64,000 nt of DNA, taken from assembly GCA_028534125.1 (NCBI GenBank), contig CM052832.1, forward strand, positions 33,914,001 to 33,978,000, in the 5' to 3' direction. The stretch comes from Lama glama. Taxonomy: Eukaryota. A program made the position numbers and the translations under genes. Shown one piece after another: positions 1 through 14,101 of the stretch. The notes under the pieces were generated by a model. The model made no database searches. It was not told the DNA's origin and was given only the letters and a program-made list of their open reading frames with translations. Within the stretch, counting starts at the first letter, position 1; every line of letters begins with the position of its first letter.

Positions 1-3000
1 CTAATAATAGATATTTGGGCTCTAAGATGAAGACCAACTCTGAATGGACCTGATGTTTCTTGAGAACAAGCTGCACTTCTTCATGTTGAAATCCTCTGAA
101 TCCACTCCCAGGAGACTAAGGTCCTGATATTAACTCATTCTTGGAATGAGATGGGACTTCCTCGACGGAGTTTATTTCCCACATTCCTGCAAGAAGAATC
201 GAGCCCTCCAGTTCACAGTTCGCCATCGCTGGTTGAGAACTGGGCCCCGTCCACGGGAGCTGTCCAAGCTGCTGACCACGAGTTCTGAGTCGACCGCTGA
301 CCCATTCCAGGGTGAACTGCTCGGTCCCCGTGCCAGGGCTGCGAAGATGTCACGGCAGGTGTGCTCGGACGTCCCTCTGCTGTCGCGCACCTGCCAGGTG
401 CTGGTCCTCTGTCGCCACTTGCTGTGGTCCGGAGGTGCCCAGAGCCCTTGGCTGAGGTGGTTTAGCACAGGTGAGCATTGGATGCCACCCTCCCCGACCC
501 TGCAGAGCCCTGAACACTCGGAGCCACGGACAGACAGGCCTCCCGCCACCACGGCATTCAAGGAACGGAGTCGGGTCTGAGGAACTGTTGCTTCACTTGA
601 CGCCACCGCTTACCAGGAGCCACTGTAACTGTTGAGAGTCCTCGGTTAACCCGGATAACTTAGCTGTTTCCCTCAAACAGTGCACGTGTCCTGAAGCTAA
701 CAGAGTGGACCCTCGGTGCTTCCAGACTGCCCTGAACACACGAAGTGTCGAGTCCTGGCTCTCCTTTTCCCCTTGAACTTCCCCTGCGTCCCGCGCACCG
801 CCCGGGCAGAGCCAAGGTCGTGCCCGGCCTTTGCCTTAACCTGCTGCGTGAGCCCAAGGTTTGCAGTTAGGGGTTTCGATCACTGCCGTTCCCAAAGAAA
901 GGCGATGCCACTTTCTGGTAATAGTCCCAGCTAGGGCTGACCCAGGCTCCCTGTGCGACCCTGTCCCTCGTATTTGCTCTGAAACACGCACCCTGGCTGA
1001 ATCCCGAGGACAGCAAATGGGAGCGTGGAGGCAGTGCTGTCAGTAAAACCCTTCCCCAAACTGGTTGTTGACCAGCTACCACCAGCAGAGGCGTTTAGAA
1101 GAAATAAAGAATATTTCTTTTCATTTCTAGCTTTCTCTTCGGGAGCGTAGGAGACCTGGACCAGCTCCTCCCCGTCAGCCTTTCCCCACAGCCACCAGCC
1201 TGCTGTCCAGGTCCGCAGGGACACAGGCCGGTGACAGGGCATCCTTCAGGGCTGTCAGTCTAGACCACCTGGCACCAGACGGGTGCCCCTGTTCCCTGAC
1301 TCTGCTCGAGCCGCTTTCTTTCAGGAGCTAAGTGTAATCTGTGAAGAGTCTAGCTGCCCCGGGGGCAGCCCCGGCGCAGGGCCCTGGGAGTCTCCCAAGG
1401 CCCCGTCCGTGTCTGAGAGGTCGCCTCGCAGATTCAGAAGGTCAGCTTGGACGCCTTTTCTTTCAGGGAAGTCACAGACATCAGCATCGCTCCGCACACA
1501 CCGCAGGAGCATCCCCATCCAGGCTGAGGGATGCAGTTTGCTTTCCCCTCAGTGTGGTCCTTCCTGCCCTGCCCTCGGGGGTAAAACAGCGCACTGGGTT
1601 TGACGGTGGTCTTCGGCACACTGCCTTCCCCCCTTTTTCCTCGCTGCAGTGACTGAAAGTAACGCGAGATCCTGGAGATGCCCGGGGGCCGTGTGCACCT
1701 GGTGCCCCTCCTCGGGTCCACGAGACCCACCTCGGGAAGTCACGGGCGTCCGGGTCGGGCTGCTCTTGGCCTCGTCTGTCTTCCTTTCCTGTGGCTCTCA
1801 AGCTGCTCTTGAGGCTGACCGCCTCCTTGTTAGGCGATCACACTTCCCAGGTCGCTCTTCTTTGCCCTTTGGAATGTGTACGGTATTAGTGTGTTGTGAG
1901 GGACCGGCAGTTGCTGTAACAGACACGCCCCCCCCAGCCGGACGCACCAGAGGGGACAGAGCGGTCAGCCCTCCTTTGAGCCACTTCTGCGCCGGCCGCT
2001 GAGTGACTCCCGCAAGCCAGTTAGCGTCTCCCACCCAGGGTGCTCTCGTGGGGAGGGGGAGCCGTACGCCTGCTGGTTGAGCTCAGAGTCGTGTGCGCCT
2101 CGGGAGGCATTTGTGAGCGTGTGCCCCGAGCAGGCGGGCCGGGTCGCCGCGGGGCATGTGCCCCTGGTTTCCTCAGTGGAGGGCATCCTCGTGCAGATGC
2201 ATGGTGGTCGCCGTCTCACTGACCTGCTCCGTGGGCCAGCCGCTCTTCCACACGCTGCCGCTCGTTTCCTCGTGTCTTGCTTCAAGGCTTGCAGGAGAGG
2301 CATGTCGCCCTTACGCGACAGTTGAAGCGACTTGCCCAGGGCCCTGGACACTGAGCGGCAGAGCTGGGCTGCCGGCCACGGTCTGTCCGGGCCCCGGCTT
2401 TCCTCGCCATCTCTCTGCGTCCTAACCTGGTGGGGGAGAGGAGCCGGCCTCCGTGGGACGCGGATGACACCGGTTCGTGGTTCATCTGGCTGCCTCGCAG
2501 CTGACCGGCCCCAGAGTCGTCGCATTTTCAGGCTGAGATATCTTTGCTCCAAAAGAACAGAGTGTCTGAGGGCCGGGCGGGCAGGGGACTTGGCACATGA
2601 GGCATAGAAGTGAGTGAGTTTCAGCGTGACCGTGTCTGAGACCTTTTATTGATGATGCCTGTTTAATTTCAGTTGATTTTATTCATGTATCTTGTGTGAC
2701 CCTCGTAAAGAATGTGTTAAGTCAGAGCCCTGGGCTTCAAGCTGTAGCAAACACATCTTTGTTCGTTACCTTGACAGCTTTATTTTTAAAGGATCATCAT
2801 TTTAGAACTTTCATAACAGTTGATGGGAAGCTTTTGGTAAACGCCGAGAAGAGCACGGCGACGCTGCCGCTCGGGTCTGCCTCCCACGTCTCCTTCCCGC
2901 GGAGATTCTTGCTTCCTGCCCGCTGGTCGGCTCTCAGAACGGGAAGGCAAGCTTGACTTCATACACCCGACAGCTAACGTTTGTACGGTGGTTTGCCGGA

Positions 3001-3994
3001 CAAAGAAAGCACTGTTCACGCCCGCTGTCTCGCTCCCAGGGCTGGGGTCACCGTCAGGGGCTCGGGACCAGACGGGGAGGCTGCCGGCCTCAGGGCGCCC
3101 CAGCTGCGCCGACAGGCCCACCCCCGTCTGCTCCACTTCAGCGCGGATTCTCCCCCTCCGCGCCCCACCCAGCCTCGCGTCCTGCCCCCAGCTTGGCCTT
3201 CAGTGACTGTGACCCAGACAGAGGCGTGAGCGGCGAGGGGAACCGTGTGCTGTCCCAGTGGGTCAGGGATCTCTCACCTCTCAGCCAAAGAGAGCCTTCG
3301 AGGGACGTCTGCGACTCTCGTAAACCCCGCCGACGTGTGCCCTGTGCAGGCCCCCGCGCGTGTCTCCCGTGAGGAAGGCACCCTCCCGACTGCACCAGCT
3401 CCGCAGAGGGCTTTGTGACCCAGCAGAGGCAACGGTCACTGCCTCAAGAAATTAAGCCCCGAGTATCCGGAGGGTTTACTTAGCATTCGTAAGAGACCAG
3501 ATCATCAGAAAGCTGGATTTAATAGCCTCCGTGTTACCTAAAGGCTGCTGAGATGTCACGTCTGAGCAGATGGAGTTTCGTTTGTCAGAGCTTAAACCTC
3601 ATGAGGTTGACGGCTGGGTTTCAGTCTTCCCGTCGGCCAGTCAGCGCTCCGTCCTGGAGCCGCGGGGGTCACTGAGCCCCACCTGCCATCTTGGAAATGC
3701 CCTTGGTGGGTTAAAGGAAAGGCTGAAGTTGGGGCGACCCCATCAGCCCAGCCCTGGGTTCCTGTGCTGTTTGTCTGCTCATAGCCTCAGTCTGAGTACA
3801 GCTCACACTTCACAGGCTCCAGTGTTTTACTTCCCCAGCTCTGAGAGAGTGTTTTCAACCCACCTTTTGACATTCAGGAGTTTTGTTTCCTCGCCAACGG
3901 CACTGCAGGCCTCCTCCCGCTCTCGGGGTCCCGTCCCTCTCCCTGAAAACCGCATGCAGGCCGTGGGAGATCGTGTCCTGCTGGCACCTGTCGG

Positions 3995-4114
3995 CACTGT
4001 GAGGTCACTGGGGGCGCGTCACACAGAACCACCAGGTCGGAACAGGGCTTTTCTCATTGTGGGGTCGCTGGGGGCACATCACACAGAACCACCGGGTCAG
4101 CGCAGGGCTTTTCT
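3995..4114. repeat. 60-bp tandem duplication (2 diverged copies)
   Basis: 3995-4054 and 4055-4114 share (ca.tgtg.ggtc.ctgggggc.c.tcacacagaaccacc.ggtc.g..cagggcttttct) at an exact 60-nt offset. Confidence 0.95.
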
Positions 4115-7100
4115 AGGACCTAATCACATCGGTAGGCAACCTGATGTAAAGTGTAAAATTCTAGCACATAATCCTCATCGCTGAGCACGTGGCTGTAACA
4201 GCAGACGTAGTGGAATCCAGGGAAGCCGCCGTTCCTCCTCCGGGGCATAGTGCTCTGCACCTCCTATCTCCTCCAGTAAATCAGGGCACAGCACGCGGAA
4301 CGCAAAGGGAAAAATGTCTAAAGGTGCACAGAAACGCTTAAAAGTGCCCAGCTTAACTTCCAGTCTGCAAAATGTCAGTGGATGAGTAACAGTGTATGAC
4401 AGCTATGAAGAGCCAGCGTCACAGATCGCAAATATTCTAAAGAAACAAAAGATTTTTTAAATCAAAGCAAACACTGCACGTTGTGGTTTAGGAGCTGATG
4501 AGGAACCCTTATTCATCAAGCAGTTGGTCAGCATTGCCCTTCTTTGGCTGAAGCAGGAGGGCGCCAGCGAGAGCCGCGAGGCTGAATCCTTCCACGTCTC
4601 ATTGGTCACTTTTGTAGCCAGGCTACTTCCACACCTTTGTTAGAGCTCGCCTTCCAATTAAAGTGCTAGGAGCAAGGGACGAAACGGCATCCTTGCACTC
4701 TTTGCCCACATCTCAGTAGTTACACCGTCGTCCTCAACGTTTACCGCGTGTTCTGTCCAGTACCTGCAGCTACACGACAGCGCGTCCCTGCGACACTGCC
4801 TGCCCTGCCGAGCGGACACCAGGCGTTCCCGTGTTTACGCACACACATGTGGTGGATGACTCGCAGTACCTGGTAAAGTTTCCTGTTTCCCAATTTGGGA
4901 GATATTTAAAGGCTGAGGTACTGAAATGTTTAGTTTTGACCTCAGGATCTTACTGCTTCATATAGTAACACGTAAACAGGCTGAATACTTACTTTCAACA
5001 GCGCTACACCCACTTTTTACCTCCGCGGTGGGACTGGGGCCTGGTCAGCCGAGGCCAAGAAGTACACTTGGCGTGGCCGTGCTGTCGTCAGTGAACTCTG
5101 TCCCCGAGCATGGACGCTGGACGTCTCTACAGCAGCTGAGAGCCGGGATTAACTCGGATCATCTCGACTTCTGCTTTTAATGAAATTCTCTCCCTTGTGT
5201 TTTCATGTTTGGAGGAGAGTCCGGAGTTACTCCTGCTAATTTAGCCAGGCCATGCCCTGGGGGCTGTCACAGGCTTCCATGACCTCTCCGGAGAGAGACG
5301 GGTGCATTAGACATTCCTGAGAAACTGGAGACCAGCAGCCCCCGGAGAGTTTGCCGAGAAACTCGCCCCGGACTCACCGCCAGATGCTCAGGTCGCCTTT
5401 CAGCACTTGTCTGACGTATCTCTCAGCCCGTCTGGCTCCTCGCAGGGGTCAGTCTGGGGACTGGGAGAGGCGGCCACTCTGAGACGTTCAGGGAGGCCGA
5501 GGACAGGCCCTCCGTCCCTGTGCGGCTGTCTGCAGTGCGTGCAGGGAGGTGGGAAGAGCCTGGGGAACTGCGCTGGATTCTGCTTGGCCTTTTTAACTTT
5601 TTCTGAACTCCAGATCTACTTTAGATGAACTGGCATTTTTATTCCACAAATAATGATTCTCTGACTTTGACGACTGAAATACAAGGGTGGTGGTGGTTCT
5701 TAACCAGGAGCTCTGTGACTAATTGTTCTGGGTTGGTATTAGCTGCTTTACAAAGGGTGTCTTCTCTTGTGTATTCAATGACATTTGGGGCCAGTGCCGG
5801 TGGGGGGCTGGTACTGTAAAATGTTTCTGGTTTGAAAAGTCTATTCTCTTTGTGGTTTGCATTTCCTATCTCAAGAATTTCAGAAAAAGTGGGAAGCGAG
5901 TGTCTTCTTAAATGTGGCAGCTATGCTGTGAACAAACCAAGAAGCTGCACTTCCTGGCTCGTCCGTTTTGCTTGCTCGTGACCTGAGTGGAGCTCAGCGC
6001 GCCCTGCGGTGGCGGCGTGCGGAGAAGGGCGCAAGGGTCTTGCTCAAGTTTGTGCTCAAGTCATCTCACGAGCTGGACCACTGGTGTGCTTTGTTCCTAG
6101 CCCAGGCGATGTTTTATTTATTTATTTTTTTAACTAACAGTTACAATTTGAGAGTTTTTAAAAACATAATCCTCAGTTTTTAGCATTTCGGATGTACAGT
6201 TTCTCTTACATAACATAGCAGAAGAGCCAGAGAGACTGGTTCCACGTCCCCGAACAGGAGCTGCCCCTCCGGCCAGGGGGAGGTCCTGCAGGCCACCCAG
6301 GCGAACCCAGCCGGCGCTCCTGAAGGTACTGGCATCGCCAGCCTGCCTGGGACCCTCCCTCCACTGCTGTGTTAAAAGGGAGAAATCACCTTTCAAAGTA
6401 AAGTGCTTTGTTCACTGGAAAGTCACTCCTAGTTTGGGGATAAAAGCAGACATAATATTACAGTCGTCTCTCCGCTGACTCACAGTATGGTTCTCAGATG
6501 CCTTACGTCCTGCGTGGAGACCCAGGAAGGCGGCTGTCCTGGAAGGCGAGCGTGGGCCCTGTGCCAGGCCCGTCTCTGGAGCATCGCGTTGGGCCCCCGT
6601 GTCCTTGTCTGCAAGGCCCCGTGACCTTCTCCTGCTCAGTTTGCAGTGATTTGCTTCACGTCAGCTTGGGTTTCCCATCTTATCTCGTTTCTGTCAAAAA
6701 TGTGACCACAGAGTCGGACTTGCTGATGCTCTCAGAGAGGATGTAACCCAATCTTCAAGTTCTGTGCAGAGATCCCTCCCAGCGGTCACCCCACTGCACC
6801 GCCATCGTTTTCACGAGGTGCCGCGGGTCTGTGCGGGTGGCCGGTTGGGCCCCCGCCGTGGAGGGTGTCTGCCCCGACATCCGGAGCAGAGCCTTTAACC
6901 AGGGACCCAGGGATGCTGCAGAGACCCCTTGGTGTCAGGCTGCAAAGTGGGAAGGAGGGGGCTCCCGTGCTGAGCCTTGGGCACCCTGCTGGGGCCGCTC
7001 ACACTCTGCCTCCTAAACCAGCGTGTGTCCAGAGGGTGCGGGGCCGCGAGCCTTCCCCTTGCCGGGGGTGTCTTGGGCGCTGGAGAGAATCTGGCACAGG

Positions 7101-7254
7101 GCGTGTTTTCATGGGACTGCTGGTCACACTCGGCCTCTGCCATTGCATTTAGACGGGGTGGACCGGGTGGAAACCGGCAGGGTGGTCAGGAAATCTGCCT
7201 TCTGTTCCCCGTTCTGCCAACGCGTGACCTTTTGAAGGTCGCCTCCCATCCAGC

Positions 7255-7315
7255 ACGTCTCAGTTTCTCCATCTGTAAAACAAGATGATGAAATCCACGT
7301 TCTTCTCGGGAGACG
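7255..7315 (+). mobile_element. MIR core fragment
   Basis: tctcagtttctccatctgtaaaacaagatgat resembles the MIR core ctcagtttcctcatctgtaaaatggggataat. Confidence 0.6.
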
Positions 7316-10300
7316 TGTTAGGGAAGTCCTTCCGGTGATTTTCTTCAAAACCACGGCAGGTGAGTGCTTCTCGGGGCTCTGAGCCACCCTCCAGTCACTG
7401 TCTCTCTGTCCGGGGGGGCTTCTCAGACCACAGCCTTCCTGCTGCCTGTTGATGGGCCGTGTGCCCACTCGCCTCCTTGTTAACACAGCCCCGCTCTGGG
7501 AAGAGAGGCGGTGGACGTGGGAGCTCCTTTTGCCAAAATAAACAGTGAGGTTTGGAAACATTCAGACCAAGATAATTAGGACAATGCTGTGAACAAAAGA
7601 TGGCATTAGACCTATTATTGTGCTTAATTTGGAATCCAGTTCCAAAAAGCACAATCTCCAGTTAACTGATCCGTTTTAAAGGGTTTGGCTTGTTTATTTG
7701 TTTTAAGATTTCATTTGTTGGAATCTTCTGATCACTCCTCAGTTCAGGCTCCACTTATGGGTTTTTCTACTTCATTGGAAAATATTGGAAAAATATCTGT
7801 TTTTCTGTCAACACCTTGTCGACTGTTTAGGGTACAGCTTTCCACAAAGGAACACTATTAGCCCCAACTGATGAAGGTCAGTATCCAGCAGAAATGAGCT
7901 CAGGCTCCCCCGTCTAGCACAGATTTACTCTGCTGAAATAGCAGAGACCCACGTGTGAGACAAATATATAAATCACCAGGCTTTTAATGCCCTTTCAGAA
8001 CTTGACTATAACCGACACACTTCGGGCAAGGAATCAGAAATTCTTCAGGATGGAAATGTTGAAGCCACGGATTCCGTTCTAAAGCACATTTTTGAAGGAA
8101 TCAGTGGTCTGAGAAACGCTGTGTTTTCATGGCGAGTAAGACAGCAGGCCGCAGACTTGCCGCGCACAGCTCGGCGGCCGCTGCGGACTCGGACCTCTTG
8201 GGCATCAACCCAGGACCTTCTCCAGCAGTGTCATCATTTACGGTTGCAGCAGCGCTCGGTACGTCACAGCATGCTCTCAAGGGCTGACCCAGCCGGGGCC
8301 CGTAACCTGCGAGAAAATTGCGGGTGAGTTAGTGACTTGTCTGAGGTGACCAGCCCGGCGTCTCAGGACTTCTGTCCGAGTTCTCTTCACTGCATCGCAC
8401 TGAGACCGCCCGTCTTCCTGTCCAAACACATCACCTGGGAAGCCGGACCTGAGGCAGGCCATGACTCCCGGACCTGGGCCTCCGCGTGTCGGCGGCAGTC
8501 CCTCCCGAGGGCGCTGCATGTCGGGCCTCCCACCACAGGCTCAGCTTCAAGGAGTCGCCTCACCTTGTAGGAGGGTGCGCAGCCCATCCCAGGAAGGGCT
8601 CCTGGGCCCCTGGTGCTGCTGGAAACAGTGTCTCCTTTTTCAAACCACCCTTTTCCCTTGGCTCCTTCACCTCCATGGCAGGAGGAGCTGCATCAGACGG
8701 GGAGCGGCCGCCCCGGGTGCCGGCCCCGCTCCCTCAGACCCTCCCGACCGGCAGCCGTGCCACGAAGAGCAGGGGTCTCAGCGGGGGATGCGGTTTCACT
8801 GGTGACCAGGACATCTGTGCCCCCAGCCAGGGACCCTTTTCCTTCTTAGATGCAAACGCCCAAAATCCATCCCTTTCTCGGGGGTCCTGACCCAGCACTG
8901 AGTCACAGGCACAGCAGCTCATGCAGAGCGAGGTTCTCTCCCCTGGCAAGTCGTTCTGTGCCATCGGCTCCCTGGGGGAGGCCCGAGGCTCGGTTTCTCT
9001 TTCCGCCCCTGCTTGTCGTGGGGTCAGGGGTCACACACGGGCCAGCAGCGGTGTGAGGAGGGGGCTGGGAGCAGGGCCAGCTGTCAGCGCAGCTGCACGC
9101 CCACCCCTCACCCGCCAGGCCCTCGGCGTCTGGAAGACCGCCCCCCAGGCAGCCAGCTGAGCCCTGGGGAGATGCTGGGCTGTGGGCTCCCGGCCCTGGG
9201 GGACCCGATTTCCCGAGGGGCCCAGTCCATTGGCTCTTCAGCCCACTGCCTGGTGGTCTCACTGGACTCTGAACTGGATTTGTTCTTTCTCACTTCTGCT
9301 TATGAGGATTCAGTCTAGAAGACGCCCAGACAGCGGGGCGCAGCGGGAAGGGCTCCTCACCTGCCTTCCGGTCTGGGCGGGCAGCACCCGAGCGCGACCC
9401 TCAGCTCTGCCCACAGGTCACCTTCACCACTTGCTGTTCCTCTGGGATTTCAGAAGGGACGCAGCAGAAGTGGGAGCTGCTGGCTCGGTGTCGGCTGAGC
9501 AGAAAGTGTGGCTCACGCTGGCTCACGTACAAGAGCAGTGAAAGGACACTGAATACCACTTTAAAGTGACCAGGTTCTTAAATTAATCTATGATTTTTGG
9601 AGCAAATGTTCCGTAGCTGTTCTTAAATCAATAACATTGATTTAAAAACAAATTTACCAGCGTTACCCTGTGCCTTGCGGAGGAGGATTCAGTCCTGAGA
9701 TGTTATCAGCTGGCTTTCTGATGCCCCCTTAGTAAGTGTGGGCGATGGAGACACCAGCGAGCTCTGGGGACGACGCGCTCTCTCCCAGGAGGGGCCCGTC
9801 ACCAAGAACTTCTCTTTCGTAAACACCACAGCTCTCCTTCTCGGAAGGCTGGAGGCCGAGGGAGCGTGGCTCCCCTCCCCGCCAAGCCTTGCGTCACGAG
9901 CCTTCGAGATCAATAAGAACATTGTGGTGGTTATTTCATAGCTGATTAACTTACGCGTCTGCAAGCCAGCACTTGACTTGAAAGGCTGGTCTGGTTTCTC
10001 GCGGGCCTTCGCCGGCCTGTCCCGGCTCCCAGCCCTGGGACTGCCCTTCCCCGACCACAGCGGGGCCCAGCCCCGCAGTTTCGTGGTGAGTAACTGTCAG
10101 CTGGACCTGGCGTCTGTGAAAGCACATTGTGTCTGTTCGGTCAGAACCACAACGGCAAGATTGCTAGGGAGGAAGGGCAGAGCGGAGCCGAAAGCCCAGC
10201 GACACCTGGCTGTGGACGCTCGGCCTGGAAGGGACAGAGAACGTGGCGGCCGTTTTCTTGATGACAAGGATAAATGCAGACACTGGGAGGCAGTGAGCAC

Positions 10301-13014
10301 TTGGTGATGAGACACTGCAGAGAGGCGTAGCGGAGAAAACCGCCCGTGGGCTTCCCCGCGCACGGCTGGCACACTGTGTTTCTTGGCTTTTCCGTAACTG
10401 GCTGACGTAGTATTGTATCTGAATTCATGTCAGGCTCCTGGGACTTCCTCCTGGCGCTTTTGTGTCCCTCCATGCTGCCTTTCTGTTTCATTTTCAGGGA
10501 AATGGAACCCTTGGGCTGCAGAGCTGGAGCGTGGTTTTGTTGTGTCTGAGACTGCTTTCAATTTCAGCAGTTGCGGGGTAAATAAGCCACTGTGTACTTG
10601 GGAAAAACACTGGCAGAAAAGTAGAATGGTAGAGCCTCTCGCTTTTCATTGCTAGTGAGATTTCCCAACTGAAGCTACGCTGTTCTGTTTTGCCTCTGGC
10701 TAACATCTCGAGATCAGTCATAAAGTTCCATGCAAATACTTTCATGTATTAAAAGAACAATATTTTGACACTCATTGACACTGCAAAAAAAACACAACAC
10801 TAAATTAGTGTTCAGGAAAACAATGAAGTCCTTGTTCATTCACATGAGACGAAGGTGAAGACGTCGGGTGGTGCCAGCAGGAAAGATGGCCCCTCGGCTC
10901 TGCACCTTCAGCGCTTGCTGGTGTCTCCTGGGAGTAGACGGCCTTTTGTTGCGATTAACGCATCTTGAGCGGTCACTGACACCTGTCGGACTGTTGAAAG
11001 TTTTAGTCCCCAAAAACAGACGTGTACTCTTCAGAATCTGGTTATCTGCATAGAGCTTCCCTACAGGTTTTGTTTGTTTTGGCTGGTTTTGCAGGGGAAG
11101 TGTTTTAGAATTTTTAAGTACTTGATTATGTTAAATATTTTGAAAATATCAATTCAGCTTATCAAAGGCTTGTTTTTCTAGATTTCATCTAAAGTTATAA
11201 AGACGCAAAAAAAAAAAAAAACCTCCCATCACGGTCTGCGTGGTTTTAAGAGAGTCAAACTTTTAGGAGCACTCTTGATTTTTTTTTTTTTTAATTTGGA
11301 GAGCATGAAGGAGCTTCTGGTCTAATTTTCAGCGGTGTGGAGGGCATACTCTCTCTGAAAAACTACTGTGTTTTCACGTGTAGTGGAATTCCTGGCCACC
11401 CCCGCTCCACATCCCTAGGCTCAAATGTGACTGTTGCAAGAAACGTTTTCTTAAATATAACTGGCTTCCCTTCGCGTCTCTCCAGGCAAGGGCGGTGCTG
11501 AGTCAGCATCCAGGAAGTAACGACGACGCTCGTGGGTGAGACCAGGCTGGTAGGAGCAGTCTGGCCCCCCAGAGGAACCAAGCTTGTATGCTGTTTATGC
11601 TGGGGAATTTTATATTTAGCAACCAGACATTAAAGGCAGGATGATTAAATCTCAGTCTGTTCAAGCACAGTTTTGAGAGTGCCGAGTGGGAGAGCGGCCT
11701 TTGAGTTGAGGTCTGGATCTCTGTGAACGAGGACGTTGTGGGCAGACACGTTTGGGATGGGCCGAGAGGACACCAGACCCCTATCACAAATACCACGCAT
11801 GCCCGGGCCTGCAGACCTCGTGGGAGCTGGGGGACGCGCCGTCACCGCGCCCACGGGGCTGAGAAGCAGAGGGTCGGACCTTGTGATCGCCTGTAACCGT
11901 AAGGAGCAGGAAACGAAGCCGTACACCTGTGACCGCGTCCCTGTGCCGTGCGCCGGAAACGAACACACTGTCGGCCACCTATACTTCAATTAAATAATTT
12001 TAAGAGAAAAGGAAGGTTATGGGAAAAACTGGAAAAGGGGAAAAAAAGCAGAAGGTGGGGAATTCCCTGGAGCACCCCTTTGCTGTGACCCCCGCCTCCC
12101 CCTCGCGCTCCCGCACCCCCTCCGGCGGTGCCCGTCCCGTGAGCTCGTGCTCCTCGGCTGCCGCGGTCCTCCCGGGGGGCCCGAGGTCCGGGGGCTGCCG
12201 CACCCCTTGGAACTGCCTCCTGGAGCCCGACGGCCGGCTGGGCCCGCACACGCAGACCGACAAGGTGCTGGCGTCGTGCTTGGACCCAGCCATCTTCATC
12301 CGAGGCTGGCGGCACCCAGGGCAGAACTGACCCAGAGAGATTCAGGTGGGGTAGGGGCTCTGTAGCTGGGCAGTGGGCTCCGCTTTCCCGGGCTCTGCGC
12401 GCCTCTCCCTTGACCCCGCCCACCCAGGCCGGTGGTACCCATCTCCCCTCCTCTCCACCCAGGCAGCCCCCCACCCCCACCCTGGGCTCTGCGGTGCGGC
12501 TTCTCCCACAGGCCTCCCACGCGACAGTCATGCAGCCCCGCCCAGCGTGGCCCTGTGCACTCAGACTCTCGAGACCCTGCTGGGCCCAGAACGTGTCAGG
12601 TGTCCATCCCTGAGAAGGGAGCTGGAGGCGGGAGGCACGGGGCCGCCCTCCTGGCAGGCACGCTCCTCCGCAGGGCAGTGGGTGGGATGGCTGCTTAGCG
12701 TGAAGGTGTCTGAAAGCTTCCCTGCCTGGTGTCTCCTGGGTGCTCCCTGGGGTTCGTCTCAGAAGTTCTTCCTTACATCAGATGTTGGACTTCTAGAACC
12801 CTTTTCCCGCGTAAACGTTGGAAGTCCGTCAGGCAGACGTGGCATCTCCCTTCTCTGTCCCTGCCTGGCATCCTCCCCAGCTCTGGCACAGTGCCTGGCC
12901 CCTCGCAGGCATTGCGTAAATCCCCTTGGCGGAGTGGCCTGGTCCCCAGGTAGCTCACAGACATCCATGCAGCTGCGCTAACAGCCACTGGTAACAGAGT
13001 TCCACAGCCTCGCA

Positions 13015-13203
13015 CGTTAGTGTAATGCAGTCAAGAGAAGACTAAGCTGGGACAGAGCCTGCGGTCCCGCCGCTGGCTCGGCTAGGTGTGTGACTTTAGG
13101 CGGATCACATTGTCTCCCAGCTTTCAGCTGTTTACCTGCCTTTTAAATAAGTTGCACCGAATGAGGCCATCTCCAAGGTCCCTTCCAGCTGCACGATTCT
13201 GTG
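13015..13203 (+). mobile_element. MIR3/MIRc-like SINE relic
   Basis: gtgtgactttaggcggatcac core, with the 3' end atctccaaggtcccttccagctgcacgattctgtg typical of MIR3. Confidence 0.7.
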
Positions 13204-13374
13204 GCCCTGACTGACAGAGTCAGGAGTAAATTCACTCCACTCTTAGGCCCTATCTCCCCATGCTGCGTCTGGACGCAAGGGTGCTCATGGAGACGAGCTG
13301 GGTTCTCCCGGCCCCAGAGCCCTCTCCAGCCGTGTCATCTCTGTTGCCTGTGTCACCGCCGTCATGGGAGATAC

Positions 13375-13525
13375 AGTCCTCGAGCACTGTCCCAGGACCT
13401 CTTCCTCTGTTAACTGATTTCATCCTGAAAACAACCCTTTGAGGTCGGTACCACGATTGTCCTCATTTTTGAGGCACTGGGAGACCAAGGACCTTTTCAG
13501 AAGTTGCTCTCCAAGCGGCTCACGA
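13375..13525 (-). mobile_element. MIR relic
   Basis: tttcatcctgaaaacaaccctttgaggtcggtacc...gtcctcattttt matches the reverse-strand MIR consensus. Confidence 0.65.
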
Positions 13526-13526
13526 A

Positions 13527-13710
13527 GCCTGAGCTCCAGTGTGGTCCCCAAGCTAGCGCATCAGCTTTGCCCTGGAACTCATTAGAAATGCAAGTTTTCA
13601 GGCCTCACCCCAGGCCTATGGAATCAGCACGTCTGGGGCCAGAGGAGACCAGCAGTCCACGTTTTGACCTTCCAGACGGTTCTAATGCAGCTAAAATTCG
13701 AGAGCTCCTG
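13527..13710 (+). mobile_element. MER5A-type hAT-Charlie MITE
   Basis: gtgtggtcccc...gcatcagc...ggaactcattagaaatgcaa...ccccaggcctatggaatcag...ttctaatgcagctaaaattcgagagctcctg is collinear with MER5A. Confidence 0.8.
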
Positions 13711-14101
13711 CCTCTGGGTTAGCCCTGCACATCGACCTGCCCTCAGCGGTTCTCTGGGCGTTGACTCCCCGGTGTCCCAAAGCCAAGGGTGTGGCATCAC
13801 TGCCATTTGTACATAGAGGACGCGAGCCTTCAGGTGTCAGACAGTCCTAACGTGGGAGCTGGTCACGCTGCTTGTCCAGCTCTCTGAGTTGGCACTGCTG
13901 GTGGAATCAGTCCAGGAAAAGTCAGGAGGCAGAGACACTTGCAGAGGAGTGGGGAGCGGGGACTTGTCCAGCGGTGCTGCGGCGGTGCAGGGGCTGCCTC
14001 CACGGTGTCCCGGCGGGATCTTCTGACGGCCGAGTGGCAGGGGGAGGGCAGTGCACCTTGTGGGCGTCAGCGTGCCGTCCTTCGCGGGGCCACTCTGTGC
14101 T

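Noticed and set aside
11207-11292. A15 and T14 runs flanking 57 bp as a hairpin or MITE
   Set aside because: The complementarity comes only from homopolymers. There is no TSD and no extended internal stem.
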